Shown: positions 44,385 to 55,300 of the stretch, in pieces
How the letters are laid out: the number at the start of each line of letters is the position of its first letter
Numbering within the stretch: the stretch's first letter is position 1
Virus record (IMG/VR): IMGVR_UViG_3300035145_003993
Location: 147,365 to 211,364 of that record
Reading direction: 5' to 3' (one strand)
DNA length: 64,000 nt
Translations under genes and position numbers: made by a program
Notes under the pieces: model-generated
Database searches by the model: none
What the model was told of the DNA's origin: nothing
What the model saw: the letters and a program-made list of their open reading frames with translations, nothing else

Positions 44385-45352
44385 TAAATATTATTCCTTA
44401 AACAAGATTTGATTGATATTAGAAATTCGTGTATATTATAAAAATTTAATCCTTCGCGATTTAAAATTTTTAATAATTTAAATTTGTTTATTTTAGATTC
44501 TTTATTTTCGTATTGGTAATTAATTTTTTTTATTTGATTAGCACTTAACATTAAAGAGTCTAAATACATTAATTTCCAATTTTTTATTAATTGATCTTTA
44601 TTTTCTATTATATTAGAATAAAGCTTTATTTTACATTTGTTTTTAACTTTTTCATTTGATTCATTAATTATATCATTTATTGTCAAGTCTCTTTTCTGGA
44701 TTAAATCTGGAAACCGTTTGGACATGGTTTTAATACCTGCTCCTTTGATACCTTTTATTCCGTCACTTACGTCACCTGCAAAACATCTTGTTAAACAAAA
44801 ATTATATGCAGGAACTTGCCACTTTTCTAATATATATTTTTCATCAATTAAACACTTCTTGTTAGGAGACCAAATTTTAGTATTTTCATCTAATAATTGA
44901 TAATAGTCCTTATCAGAAGTAACAATTATTTTTTTATCATTTGAAATTTTTGTTTTTACTAAATAAGAAATTATATCATCTGCTTCACAATCATCTACAT
45001 AAATTTGTGTTACAGGAGTTTCGTATAAAATTTCTACTAAAATTTTTAACTGATTGTTTCTATTTTCTGATGTGTCGGGAATGTCTTTATAATATTCACT
45101 TCTATTTAGTCTTACTGGTCTTCTTCCTTCTTTGTAAGAAGGATCAATGTTTCTTCTTCTGAGAGATCCTCCACCTTCCCAAGCAACAATAATTTTTTGT
45201 GGCCTGAATTTGGTAGACAAATACTCAATATTTTTTAAAAAGCCAATAATTCCACCGCATAGCTGTCCATTCAATGATTTTGATGGATTAGCTGCAAAGT
45301 GTCTCATAAAAACATTCAAGCCATCGATGTAAATTATTGGCTTGTCTATCAT
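44384..45352 (-). CDS. 5'-3' exonuclease (T4 RNase H-like), paralog 2
   Basis: IDGLNVF, AWEG, YKEGR, EADDII, TSDKDYYQL, GDVSDGIKGIKGAG. Confidence 0.92.
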   Translation of the reverse strand: MIDKPIIYIDGLNVFMRHFAANPSKSLNGQLCGGIIGFLKNIEYLSTKFRPQKIIVAWEGGGSLRRRNIDPSYKEGRRPVRLNRSEYYKDIPDTSENRNNQLKILVEILYETPVTQIYVDDCEADDIISYLVKTKISNDKKIIVTSDKDYYQLLDENTKIWSPNKKCLIDEKYILEKWQVPAYNFCLTRCFAGDVSDGIKGIKGAGIKTMSKRFPDLIQKRDLTINDIINESNEKVKNKCKIKLYSNIIENKDQLIKNWKLMYLDSLMLSANQIKKINYQYENKESKINKFKLLKILNREGLNFYNIHEFLISIKSCLRNNI

Positions 45353-45357
45353 TTTAC

Positions 45358-46575
45358 CTACTTTAACATTTTAAAAGCTTCTTCATGAACTTCCATTATA
45401 TGTTGAGAAACAGCTTCAATATCTGTATAACTTTCTGGATCAATATCAGGATCTTCTGTTTCATTTTTTCTAATCATAGCTTTTTCAAGAATCATATCAA
45501 TATATTGTCCATATTCAGGATGATTAATGATTTCGTGAAAATCAGCCTTATAAAACTTTTTTGTTACAATTTGTTCACCTTCATTATTATAAACTTCTAA
45601 ATGCTTCCAAGCTCCATTTCCTCCAACTTCAATAGTATATCCGCTATGCTCATCTTGTCCATGTCTTCTTAGCATGTCAAACATTTGTTCGTGTTCTTTG
45701 ATTCCTTTTCCAAAATGAATCTCAAAATTACATGTTCTAAATGGAGCAGAAACTTTGTTTTTTATAGTTTTAGCTGAAACGTTGATTCCAATTGGTTCTT
45801 TATCTTTATTAAGAATTTGAGATCCCGCTCCTAATTTAATTCTTACAGAAGAATGAAAAGGAATTGACATTCCACCGGGTGTTGTAGTAGGATCTCCATA
45901 TAGTACACCAACTTTTGTACGTATTTGATTAAGACATACAAATAAAACTTTTTCATTTGCAATAACACCAGTAATTTTTCTCATTCCTTTTGATATTGCT
46001 CTTGCTTGGAGTCCAATACTTTCTTTTTCATAATCTCCCGTTAATTCAGCTCTAGGTGAAGTTGCTGCAACTGAATCCCAGATAATTGTTACTGGCACAT
46101 CTTTATTCATAGCTTTTGCTTTAATAATAGTACTTTCAGCAATACTTAAAACTTCTTCAGTACAGTGTGTGTCTACATAAACAAATCTTTTTGATATATC
46201 TACACCTAAAATCTTTAGATTTTCTACAGATGTAGCGTTTTCTGTATCGATGTATACAACAATACCACCCATTTGTTGGGTTGATTTTGCAATTTGAGTT
46301 GCAATATGAGATTTACCAATTGAAGGTGGACCAAATATTTCTACGATTCTACCTTCAGGTAAACCACCATTCTTTTGATTTGAGATAATGTAATCTAATT
46401 GTTTAGACCCTGTGCTTATCCATCTACTAACGTGTGTAGGTGACTCGTCAGTACTAAGATTATAAGCTACTCTTGATCCTCTTTCTTTATTTAAGGATTT
46501 AATTAAGTCAGATGTAAAGTCATCTAATTCTTCTTTAGACTCTTTTTTTGACTTTTTTGTTCTTGTTTTAGTCAT
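45358..46575 (-). CDS. recA: RecA/UvsX-like recombinase
   Basis: GRIVEIFGPPSIGKS, YIDTE, WDSVAA, NQIR, TPGG..I.FHSSVR, KNKVSAPFR. Confidence 0.95.
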   Translation of the reverse strand: MTKTRTKKSKKESKEELDDFTSDLIKSLNKERGSRVAYNLSTDESPTHVSRWISTGSKQLDYIISNQKNGGLPEGRIVEIFGPPSIGKSHIATQIAKSTQQMGGIVVYIDTENATSVENLKILGVDISKRFVYVDTHCTEEVLSIAESTIIKAKAMNKDVPVTIIWDSVAATSPRAELTGDYEKESIGLQARAISKGMRKITGVIANEKVLFVCLNQIRTKVGVLYGDPTTTPGGMSIPFHSSVRIKLGAGSQILNKDKEPIGINVSAKTIKNKVSAPFRTCNFEIHFGKGIKEHEQMFDMLRRHGQDEHSGYTIEVGGNGAWKHLEVYNNEGEQIVTKKFYKADFHEIINHPEYGQYIDMILEKAMIRKNETEDPDIDPESYTDIEAVSQHIMEVHEEAFKMLK

Positions 46576-46635
46576 TTATAATTCCTAGTTTATTTAATAA
46601 AAACCTAATAGTCTGTTTTGAATAGTTAATAATTT

Positions 46636-47421
46636 TTATAGTGAGTCTAGGTCTGCAAATGCATCATCTAAGCTTTTATATTTTCCAGAAATTTGATCAG
46701 GAGAATTTTCATCAACACTTTCTTTATTCGATCCTCCTCTTGTTGTTTCTTGCTTTGGATCATCATCTGAACTATTTAGCCATTCATTAATAATTCTTTC
46801 AAGATCTTCATAAGTTTTAAGTTCGAATAAATTATTAACATCTGGAATAGAGTCTAACCAATTCTTTGACTTTGAAGTATCTTCTGATAGAGGTGAATCT
46901 TTACCACGTGGTCTAACATCAGTAGATGCCCACATTTGTCCTGGATTCTTTTGACAAGTAATTCTTACGTCGCGCCCTTCATGAGGATCAGTAATATCAC
47001 CATAATCTTCATCTAGCATATAATTTAGAAGTGTTTGATAAACAGATTTACCAAATGCCCATAGTCTTACGCCTTTTTCTTCTTCACCTCTAACGATAAC
47101 AGGAGCATAGCATCTCATTTTTGGATAAAGCTTTTTAGCTAATTCATAGGATTCTTTAGTTCCTTCATCACGAAGTTTTGTAATAAGTTCTTGAATTGGA
47201 TCAGGCTTATCAAATTGATAAGGAGCAAGTAAACCAGGATTGTTTCCAATGTTATAATAAAACATTAGCTCTTTAAAAGGTTGACCATCATTATTAGGAT
47301 ATGCAAGAAGGCGAACAGTTGTTTCAGTACCTTCTTCAGGGCGCCACATTGTATTTTTCTTAGAATTTTGACCACTTAGTTGTCCAAGTTTCTTACGGAT
47401 TGCTGCTAGATCAATAGCCAT
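46636..47421 (-). CDS. single-stranded DNA-binding protein (T4 gp32-like)
   Basis: WRP...VRLL, PF, DPI, G..LW.FGK.VY, DITDP..GRD, acidic C-terminal tail (DDAFADLDSL); position next to recA. Confidence 0.75.
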   Translation of the reverse strand: MAIDLAAIRKKLGQLSGQNSKKNTMWRPEEGTETTVRLLAYPNNDGQPFKELMFYYNIGNNPGLLAPYQFDKPDPIQELITKLRDEGTKESYELAKKLYPKMRCYAPVIVRGEEEKGVRLWAFGKSVYQTLLNYMLDEDYGDITDPHEGRDVRITCQKNPGQMWASTDVRPRGKDSPLSEDTSKSKNWLDSIPDVNNLFELKTYEDLERIINEWLNSSDDDPKQETTRGGSNKESVDENSPDQISGKYKSLDDAFADLDSL

Positions 47422-47502
47422 ATTTATTTGCCTTTCGGTTATTTGTTTAAATTTTTAATTGGATAATTTTTTAATTTTTTTGTGAAAACCAATTATGGAA
47501 TG

Positions 47503-47531
47503 ATTATATTTTATAATTTTTATTTTTACAC
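47503..47531 (-). promoter_or_regulatory. Promoter GTGTAA-N17-TATAAT heading the ssb-recA-helicase-nrd operon
   Basis: Perfect match, intergenic. Confidence 0.75.
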
Positions 47532-47538
47532 AAAATTA

Positions 47539-47766
47539 TTAATTTTTTTTGTTCAAATAATATTGAACTGATTTGTTTTTAGGTTTTTTACTTCTATGTT
47601 TATTATCAGTTTCTTTAGATGATTTATATTTAATTTTCTTATTAAAATCAACAGGGTTATCATTAGATTCACCTACTGGTAAACTATAACCACTAATTGA
47701 AGCTGAAGTTGAAAATTCTGATAAGAGGTTTTTTAAAACTCTTTCGTATATATCGTTTTCATTCAT
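47539..47766 (-). CDS. hypothetical protein, 75 aa
   Basis: ORF with AAGGA RBS; LLSE leader. Confidence 0.65.
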   Translation of the reverse strand: MNENDIYERVLKNLLSEFSTSASISGYSLPVGESNDNPVDFNKKIKYKSSKETDNKHRSKKPKNKSVQYYLNKKN

Positions 47767-47791
47767 ATTATATTCCTTTCTAGAGTAATTA

Positions 47792-48397
47792 TTAAAAAGG
47801 AACTGTATATAAGCCGTCTATTCTATCTTTTTCGTCTTTCATAATAATTTCATGTGCTGTTTGTAATACTAAAGATAATCTTGATTTATGATATCCATAA
47901 AATTTATTACTTTCGGACAAAACATTACCTAAAAGGAAAATTGCTTGCCATTCTTCCCATGAAAGATGAATTTTGTAAAATTGTAATAAATAAAGTGTCA
48001 TATCATTAACTTGATATTTTGGACACGATTCATTCCAATCATAGTATTGTCCTAATTTTTCTTTATGCCATTCTGATTTAGTCTCTACAAACCTATTTCT
48101 AGTTAAGGTCCCAACTCTTCCAATTATAGATAATAAGCAACACTTTATAATTGAAGCCTTATCTAAATCATAATTTAATTCTTTCATTAAAGAATTTGAC
48201 CTTTTAACTAGATTAATTGAATAATCAACTAACCCTCCAATTCCACAAAAAGGTTCTTTATCTTTTTGAGAATAAGAAGACAGTAAAATTCGTTGATCCA
48301 TAGATTCTACAAGTTTATCAATATTTTCATCTTTTAATTTAGAAAGTAAATTTGTATATTGATTCCATAAAACTTCTACGTCTCTTTCTTTGTACAT
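47792..48397 (-). CDS. HD-domain-like protein with lost metal ligands (probable pseudo-enzyme)
   Basis: GGLVDYS..., CLLSIIGRVG, SEWH...G..Y, L.LLQ.Y.I.L...E..AI follow the phage HD hydrolase layout, but the H, HD and D ligands are replaced. Confidence 0.55.
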   Translation of the reverse strand: MYKERDVEVLWNQYTNLLSKLKDENIDKLVESMDQRILLSSYSQKDKEPFCGIGGLVDYSINLVKRSNSLMKELNYDLDKASIIKCCLLSIIGRVGTLTRNRFVETKSEWHKEKLGQYYDWNESCPKYQVNDMTLYLLQFYKIHLSWEEWQAIFLLGNVLSESNKFYGYHKSRLSLVLQTAHEIIMKDEKDRIDGLYTVPF

Positions 48398-48407
48398 TTA
48401 AATCCTT

Positions 48408-48659
48408 TTATAATTTCCATTTGATTCCTGATATATTTTGGAATTTTTTTGTTAGTTTCTTTTTTTGTTGTGCTAATTCTATAATCTTTTCAGAATTATA
48501 TGTTTCTTTATTTAATTCAGTCATTAAGTCCTTTGATACATTTAAAAGGTCTTGAAGAGTTTCAAGTTGAATATCAGATCCTTTTATACTAATGTTTATA
48601 TCATGACCTTTTATAAACCTTGCAGCAGCTTGATGTAATAAATTTTCGTTAATGTTCAT
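48408..48659 (-). CDS. hypothetical protein, 83 aa
   Basis: ORF with GAGG RBS. Confidence 0.65.
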   Translation of the reverse strand: MNINENLLHQAAARFIKGHDINISIKGSDIQLETLQDLLNVSKDLMTELNKETYNSEKIIELAQQKKKLTKKFQNISGIKWKL

Positions 48660-48673
48660 TTTATCCTCTTATT

Positions 48674-49723
48674 CTAATCACACTCTGTGTTAAATTGTGA
48701 TATAGACACGGGAAAGTTTCCTAAGTCTTTATCGTTATATCCTTTCATAATTATACTTTTAAATTCATTTACATAGTCTTTTTCAACATCAAAAACTATT
48801 GCGTCATGAATAATGAATATAGGGATTGCTTTATTTAAATCTAAAATATTAGTTATTTCACTAAAATAAAGTAATGCAATATCTACTGCTGATGATTGAA
48901 CGTAATTATTTATTACTACATTCTTTCTTTTTTCATTCAGATTCCAAATTGGTCGACCATAAAAATTTCTTCTAACATTTTGTTTGTCAATTTTTGATGA
49001 TATTTCATATAAATAATCTAATTCAAAATGATCTTTAATAATTTCAAATATTTTAACTGCTTTGTTTGCTGAAATATTTCTAAGGTTTTCATGGCTTGCA
49101 CCATATAGTACAGATATTATTGCTCTTTTAATAATAGACCTGTCTATATCAAAATCTAACATGCTATTAATAGTTTCATATATATCACCATCAATATCTT
49201 TTCCAACTATTTTTAAACAAAATCTTGGTTCTAAATTTTGAAAATCTATACTTAATAGTTTACCATTATTAAACCTAGATTCGAAAATATTTCGACATCT
49301 TTTAGGTAAGACTAAAATATTTGGACTATTATTAACTGTCAATCTTCCAGAAATATTTTTTGAATTATCATAATTTGCTTTTCTTGAAAAGCCATTTCGT
49401 GGTTTAAATTGCTTTAAAACACTAGATATAGTTTGGTTTGTTTCAACAGAGTTAATTGCTTTATAGGCAATTAAATTAACTTTTGGTTTTTGTATTTTAT
49501 CGAATAAGTTAAAATATAAATTTAATTTATCTAAATAATTTTCTTCATCTAAAGAATTTATATGATTTAATAGTTCTTCTTTATGATTAAGAAATTCTTC
49601 TTGCAAATAGTTAGGTAATATTTCTACTTCATCATAATCTTCTGATAATGATGCTAAGAATTTGAAAAAGATTTTAAATTTATTATCATATTCAACATTG
49701 TATATTCTATATATTTTTTCCAT
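48674..49723 (-). CDS. polA: minimal family A DNA polymerase (polymerase domain only, no exonuclease domains)
   Basis: Motif A IDFQNLEPR, motif B RSIIKRAIISVLYG, NYVQSSAVD, motif C IHDAIVFD; 349 aa. Confidence 0.82.
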   Translation of the reverse strand: MEKIYRIYNVEYDNKFKIFFKFLASLSEDYDEVEILPNYLQEEFLNHKEELLNHINSLDEENYLDKLNLYFNLFDKIQKPKVNLIAYKAINSVETNQTISSVLKQFKPRNGFSRKANYDNSKNISGRLTVNNSPNILVLPKRCRNIFESRFNNGKLLSIDFQNLEPRFCLKIVGKDIDGDIYETINSMLDFDIDRSIIKRAIISVLYGASHENLRNISANKAVKIFEIIKDHFELDYLYEISSKIDKQNVRRNFYGRPIWNLNEKRKNVVINNYVQSSAVDIALLYFSEITNILDLNKAIPIFIIHDAIVFDVEKDYVNEFKSIIMKGYNDKDLGNFPVSISQFNTECD

Positions 49724-49729
49724 AAAAGA

Positions 49730-49758
49730 ATAATATTCTTAAATAATAAAATTTACAC
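49730..49758 (-). promoter_or_regulatory. Promoter GTGTAA-N17-TATTAT; -10 box 6 nt from the polA ATG (probably leaderless mRNA)
   Basis: 17-nt spacer; no SD between the -10 box and ATG. Confidence 0.6.
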
Positions 49759-49771
49759 TTTTATATTAAAA

Positions 49772-52306
49772 TTAATTTTTTGTAGGTAAAGGAGGCAAAT
49801 CGCTATTTTGTAAAGTAGGTAAAGGAGGTAAAGGAGGCAACTTTACCTTTTGCGAAGCAGGTAAAGGAGGTAAAGGAGAACTACTTTTTATTCTTTCACC
49901 TTCTCTTTTAAGTCTTTCTAATTCTTCTCTTCTTAAATTACTACTTTTTAATTTACTTTTTTTGTTTTTTATTTCATCTTCTTTATTATTACTATTTTCT
50001 TTGTTTTGCTGCGTTTCAATTTTTATTTCTTTTAATGTATGTTCATTATCATTATTTATAGGGTCATCGAACAAAGGATTTTGTAAATAGTGATAATAAT
50101 ATTTTAAAACTGTATCTACATACAATTTTGTTTTTTGTGATGAAAATATTATATTAGAAGCGTCTGCACCAGGGTTTTGTTTTTTATAACTAGTGATCGC
50201 TTTCCTAGTTCCACCTCCTCCAGCGTGATATGCAGAAAGCATTTGAACTAAATTATCATTAAAATTTGTTTTGTGAATATTAATAAGTTTAGCGGCTCCA
50301 AAAATATTTTGTGCTGGATCATCTTGATCAGTCACTCCCATATCTTTTGCGGTAAAGGGCATAAGTTGCATAAGACCTTGAGCACCCTTAGGACTCTTAG
50401 CGGTAGATATAAAGTCGCTTTCATACTTCATAAAAGCCCATAATAAAGCTTCTGGTAAGTAATACATCTCAGCAGCACCCTTGACTAAGCCTTTCCAGGG
50501 TTCTGCTCTTTTAACTTCGTTTTTATCATTGCGTGTTCTAACATCAGGATTTCTTTTGTAAACTATATATCCGTCTGTCTGATTTGTTTCTTTTTTGTTT
50601 CTTTGATTATTATTTTTTCTTTGATTTGATTTTTGACTGTATTTTGTAATTTCTTGGATAGCTTTTGTTTTATTTTGATCTTTACCATAAACTTTTAAAA
50701 CTTCTTCTTCTTTAACATCTTTTTTTCTAGTGTTTTTTACTTGTCTAAAAGAATCTTCAGACTTTGGCTTAGATTTATTAAGAGGGCTTGCATATACTTT
50801 TTCTTTAGACGACGGTTGACGTACATCTGCAAATCTTTCACGACCTCTTTTTATACTATTTGCTTTTGGTAAAGGTAAAAATGATCTATTTTCGTCGGTA
50901 TAATCTTCATATAAGTTATATGTTTGATCTTGAATAAAAGTAGGAATTTTACTTGTACTAAAAGATGAATTAAATTCTGGTTTAGTTATGTTTAAATCAT
51001 TATATATATTTTGAGAATCAAAATATATAAAACTTTTTTTATAGAAGTTATTTAAATTTATTAGACTAGAATTAGAACTAATATTAGACTTATCAATAAT
51101 ATCTGAAGTTTTTATTGAAAAGGTCATGACCTTTTCAATAAAATATTGTGATAGGAAATCATTGTCTTTAATAGATGAGCTAGATAAAATTTTGTCTTTT
51201 AATTTATATGGCTTGTTATTGACATTAATGAAATATATTTCTGGATCATAAAAATATATTCTATTATCATTTGTTTGAATAAAATCATCATACTGTTGTT
51301 TTTTAATCTTTTTTAAATCAATATCATTATCTTCTTTTTCTTCATCGGCGTAAACTTTTATTATAAGAAAATATTTTAAATTTATATTAATGACTTCATC
51401 AATATCTTGTATAGAGTTAATAATATCAAGACCAGAAGACTCATTCTCTAATGTATTTTTCTGGTCTCCTGGTAAATCGTAATAATAAGTTAAATTATTA
51501 ATTTTGGTTTGATCAATAAGTTTTATAGAATCTTTTATTTTAGATCTAGATTCATTAAGAGATATATTGTCTTGTAAAATTGATAACTTAGTTTCAGTAA
51601 AAAACTTTCTTTTAATATACGTGTTATCTGTATTGTCAAAAAGAGAGAAAAATTTAATTGTAAAAATTTTTTTATTTTTTATATTCTTGAATTGATTTTG
51701 TATTGCTTGTTTGATATCTGATTCACTAGTGACTTGTTTCTTATTGCTAAAATAATAACCTAAGATAAACTTAAGGTCATAATATGAAAGCGATTTTATG
51801 AAAAATCCTAATGTGTCAGATAAGTCTCCTTGTTTATTATTATAACTTGATTTTTGAAATCCAAAAAATGCATTTACTTCTCCTTTAAAATCATTTGTAT
51901 TTTTACTTTTTATAAAGCTTGACATATTTTTTGAATAGTCAATTTCTATTGAATTATTAAAAATAAAAAATTCTGTATTACTAAAAATTAAATCTATATT
52001 TGAACCATGTTCTTTTTTAATAATTAAATCTTTCTCAATTTCAGATTTAACATTTATAATTGGATTGTCACTTATATAAAATTTAAAATCTGAGCTGTCG
52101 ATATTATTATTAAAGATTAATCTAGTATTAAAAATAATTGAACTTTTGTTGATAAAGTCTGTTGCATCACTTAACTTTTCTATTTTTCCATTTACTAAAA
52201 AATTATACATAAAAGTGTTTTTATAAAAAAACAAGCTGTCATAGTTGTTTTTAAAATGACCTAGAGTTTTTATATTTAATTTTATAGGATTAATATTATT
52301 AGACAT
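49772..52306 (-). CDS. large protein with C-terminal lytic transglycosylase (SLT) domain, probably tail-associated
   Basis: KYESDF (catalytic Glu), SPKGAQGLMQLMP.TA, NIFGAA, AYHAG; located in the tail module; LPP-rich tail. Confidence 0.85.
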   Translation of the reverse strand: MSNNINPIKLNIKTLGHFKNNYDSLFFYKNTFMYNFLVNGKIEKLSDATDFINKSSIIFNTRLIFNNNIDSSDFKFYISDNPIINVKSEIEKDLIIKKEHGSNIDLIFSNTEFFIFNNSIEIDYSKNMSSFIKSKNTNDFKGEVNAFFGFQKSSYNNKQGDLSDTLGFFIKSLSYYDLKFILGYYFSNKKQVTSESDIKQAIQNQFKNIKNKKIFTIKFFSLFDNTDNTYIKRKFFTETKLSILQDNISLNESRSKIKDSIKLIDQTKINNLTYYYDLPGDQKNTLENESSGLDIINSIQDIDEVININLKYFLIIKVYADEEKEDNDIDLKKIKKQQYDDFIQTNDNRIYFYDPEIYFINVNNKPYKLKDKILSSSSIKDNDFLSQYFIEKVMTFSIKTSDIIDKSNISSNSSLINLNNFYKKSFIYFDSQNIYNDLNITKPEFNSSFSTSKIPTFIQDQTYNLYEDYTDENRSFLPLPKANSIKRGRERFADVRQPSSKEKVYASPLNKSKPKSEDSFRQVKNTRKKDVKEEEVLKVYGKDQNKTKAIQEITKYSQKSNQRKNNNQRNKKETNQTDGYIVYKRNPDVRTRNDKNEVKRAEPWKGLVKGAAEMYYLPEALLWAFMKYESDFISTAKSPKGAQGLMQLMPFTAKDMGVTDQDDPAQNIFGAAKLINIHKTNFNDNLVQMLSAYHAGGGGTRKAITSYKKQNPGADASNIIFSSQKTKLYVDTVLKYYYHYLQNPLFDDPINNDNEHTLKEIKIETQQNKENSNNKEDEIKNKKSKLKSSNLRREELERLKREGERIKSSSPLPPLPASQKVKLPPLPPLPTLQNSDLPPLPTKN

Positions 52307-52314
52307 TTTATTAT

Positions 52315-55300
52315 TTACCTCTGTGTAGTTTTAACATTATTTTGTAATATTAATCTTTGATCATAAAAAGGTTCTTTTTTATAATTTTCACCAACTACAA
52401 TAGTAATTTTTTTATTATTTTTTTTATTTTTATTATTTTTAAATTTATCTCTTCTTTTAGATAAATCATTTAAAGTTTTTTCATTTAGCATATCTTCTAT
52501 ATTTTTAAGTTGGCCATAATTGTCTCCATATGAAAGAGTTAACTGTGTAGTAAATTTTCCAGGCGAAAAGTTATGTGTAATTCCTGTTACAATATACTTG
52601 TTATCTAAAGTTGTCCCTGTTTCAAAATCTAAAAAGATACTTTGACCAAAATTGATCCAAGGACAGCCAAAAATTTCTACTGATGCTTGCGTAGGCATGA
52701 TAATAAGAGGTAATTGTTCTGAAATTCTGTCGTTAATAAGAGATTGATCATTCCTATCTGACCTTGTCATAAAAATCGTCGATAATTTATTGTCATTTAA
52801 TGTTGAAACGTTTGCATTCATCATTACAGAATTTTGTGATCCGAAAGATAAAGATGGATATATTTCTTTATAAATGTCTTTAACACTGCCTATAAAATTT
52901 TTATTGTTTATAAATCTAACGTAATTTATTTTATATTTGTCGTTCTCTTTTACTAATAATTTTTTTTCAACAAGATCATCAAGTTCTTTTTTCTGATTTT
53001 TAAAGTAGTTTTCTAAATTTTTTCTATCAACAGACACCTTTTCAGGTCTTTTGTTGTCTTTAAAGTCTTTCCTTGATAATATAAATTCTCCAACTGAATT
53101 GTTTATATTTCCAGAATATAATTCTTGAAGTACTTCAGACGAAGAACTAAATGGCGAATCTACTCTGTCAAAAATAGAAATTCTTAATATAGTTCTTTCT
53201 TCACCATTTTTTAATCCTATTGAAGATAGACAATCAAAATTCATATGGATAATAGGAATTTTAAATTTAATCTTATTAGCTGGAAAATCATCAGATAAAC
53301 CATATATATTTCTTAAAATTTTATTTTTTTCTTTTTCAAAAACACTTGTTCTACTATATGCTTCAAGTGGTCTAACTGGGTTTTTATATGATTTAATAGA
53401 TTTATTTTTTGATTTTGTGTCTCTTGATTCGTATAAAGAAGATAATCCTAAACTAATGTTATCAGGAGATCTAACAAAGTTTTGTATAATTTGTGTAATT
53501 AACGACTCAGGTGTTATTACAATATTTCTATTAAAAATATCTTCTAAAAAGTCTTTTAACATATTTTTATTAATTAAAAAACTTGATATACTTTCGTTTG
53601 ACATTTTTCCAGCATTTTCATTTGCTGTGTAAAATATTGTTTGAATTTCGTCAAATTGAGAAGATTTTTTACCTTTAATTTTAGCTAAATAAATTTGAAC
53701 TATTGTATTTATAATTGAACCTAAACTAACATATTGAATTTGGCTTTTTTCTGGGTAAAGTTTATCCGAAGTAGGATAGAAAAAATCGATAAATTCCAGA
53801 GATCCCATTATATTTTCTAATATTTTTCTTTTATTATCTACTTCTTCTGAGTCTTGTCTTGAAATACTATCTATAAGATTTATGATTTTTCTAATAGAAG
53901 CTAAAATGTTGTTTATTTTAGAAATAATTTCTTTTTTGCTATTAGATATGATATGAAAAAAATCTGGATCTTTACTTCCAAAAAGCAAATTATTAAAAAC
54001 TTTTCTATTATTTTCATCTAATTTATCTTTATAGTTTATTCTAAAGAATGTTTCACTTCCTGAAATTTCGATAACATTTGATAGATTTCCATTTATTATT
54101 GATAGTAGTTGTTCGTATTCTTTTTTAAACGTAGATAAAATACCAATTTGTTTTTTAGTTAATCTTAATGATTCGTTAAAAATCCCTTTTAGATTCTTAG
54201 TATTTAAATTATATCCTTCGAAAAATTTTGAGTCTTCACTATTTCTTAAATCCTTAATAATATTTTCTATATTGCTGAGTTCACTTTCGAATTCTGCTTG
54301 AGTAATTCTATTATCGACTCTTGATGAAATTTGTTGATTTTTAAATTCATGAGGTCCTTTCATTGCAATAGACAAATCAATGTTAACTAATCCTGTATTA
54401 TCTATAGAAAATGAAGAATTTACTATCATATATTTTTCTGCAACTCTAGAGTTACCTATAAAATATCCTAAAGGATTTTTCGGATTATCACTATCTGGAT
54501 TAGACCAGCCATATTCTAATAAAATTTCTGCGCCAAATTCTCCTAACAAATCAGGTTTTATAAAAGGAGCAATATCATTCATTCTAGTTCTATCATGTAA
54601 AACTAAGCTCAATCTTCCACTTTTATATGACATTAATCCTTTTGTAGGGTTTGCATTAATACTAAAACTTTTTAAAGTCATTAAAGGTTGTGTTGGATCA
54701 TTAACAGTAGTTTTTCTATTTGAATTTAAATTATTTTGACTATGTCCTATATTTTCATTTAAATTAACTAAAGTCTGAGGTGATGTAAAAAGAGACATAT
54801 TCGTTTTAAAAACATCATCACTTATTTTATCACCTGAAAATTCGTTATAATTTTTACTTTTATTATTAATATTACCATAAAGAAACGAATTCAGTGTAGA
54901 CGAAGTCGCATTAACAGAAAAACTTCTTATATTTCCTGTATTGTTTACTGAATTTAGATCTTGGCGTGATAATGAAGGCAATATGAATGTTGCATTAAAG
55001 TATGGATATGACTTATTCATTTCAAGTGTTGTAATACTATTAAAAAAAGTTGATACTTCTAAAGAATTTTGTGTTCCTATACGAATATTAGGATTTGTAA
55101 TCAATATCGATGAAACAGAAGTATCATACTTTTTTGGATTTTTAACATCCAAATTTAAAGATCTGTTAAGGAATTTTCTATTAAGATCAAATTTAACATT
55201 TCTTTTGTTTAAATCTATCCCGGTAAAAGAAGACAAAACTTTTATATCTCTTTTAAAAGATTTATTTGAAGCTATTAATTTAGAAGAAGCTTTATTTAAT

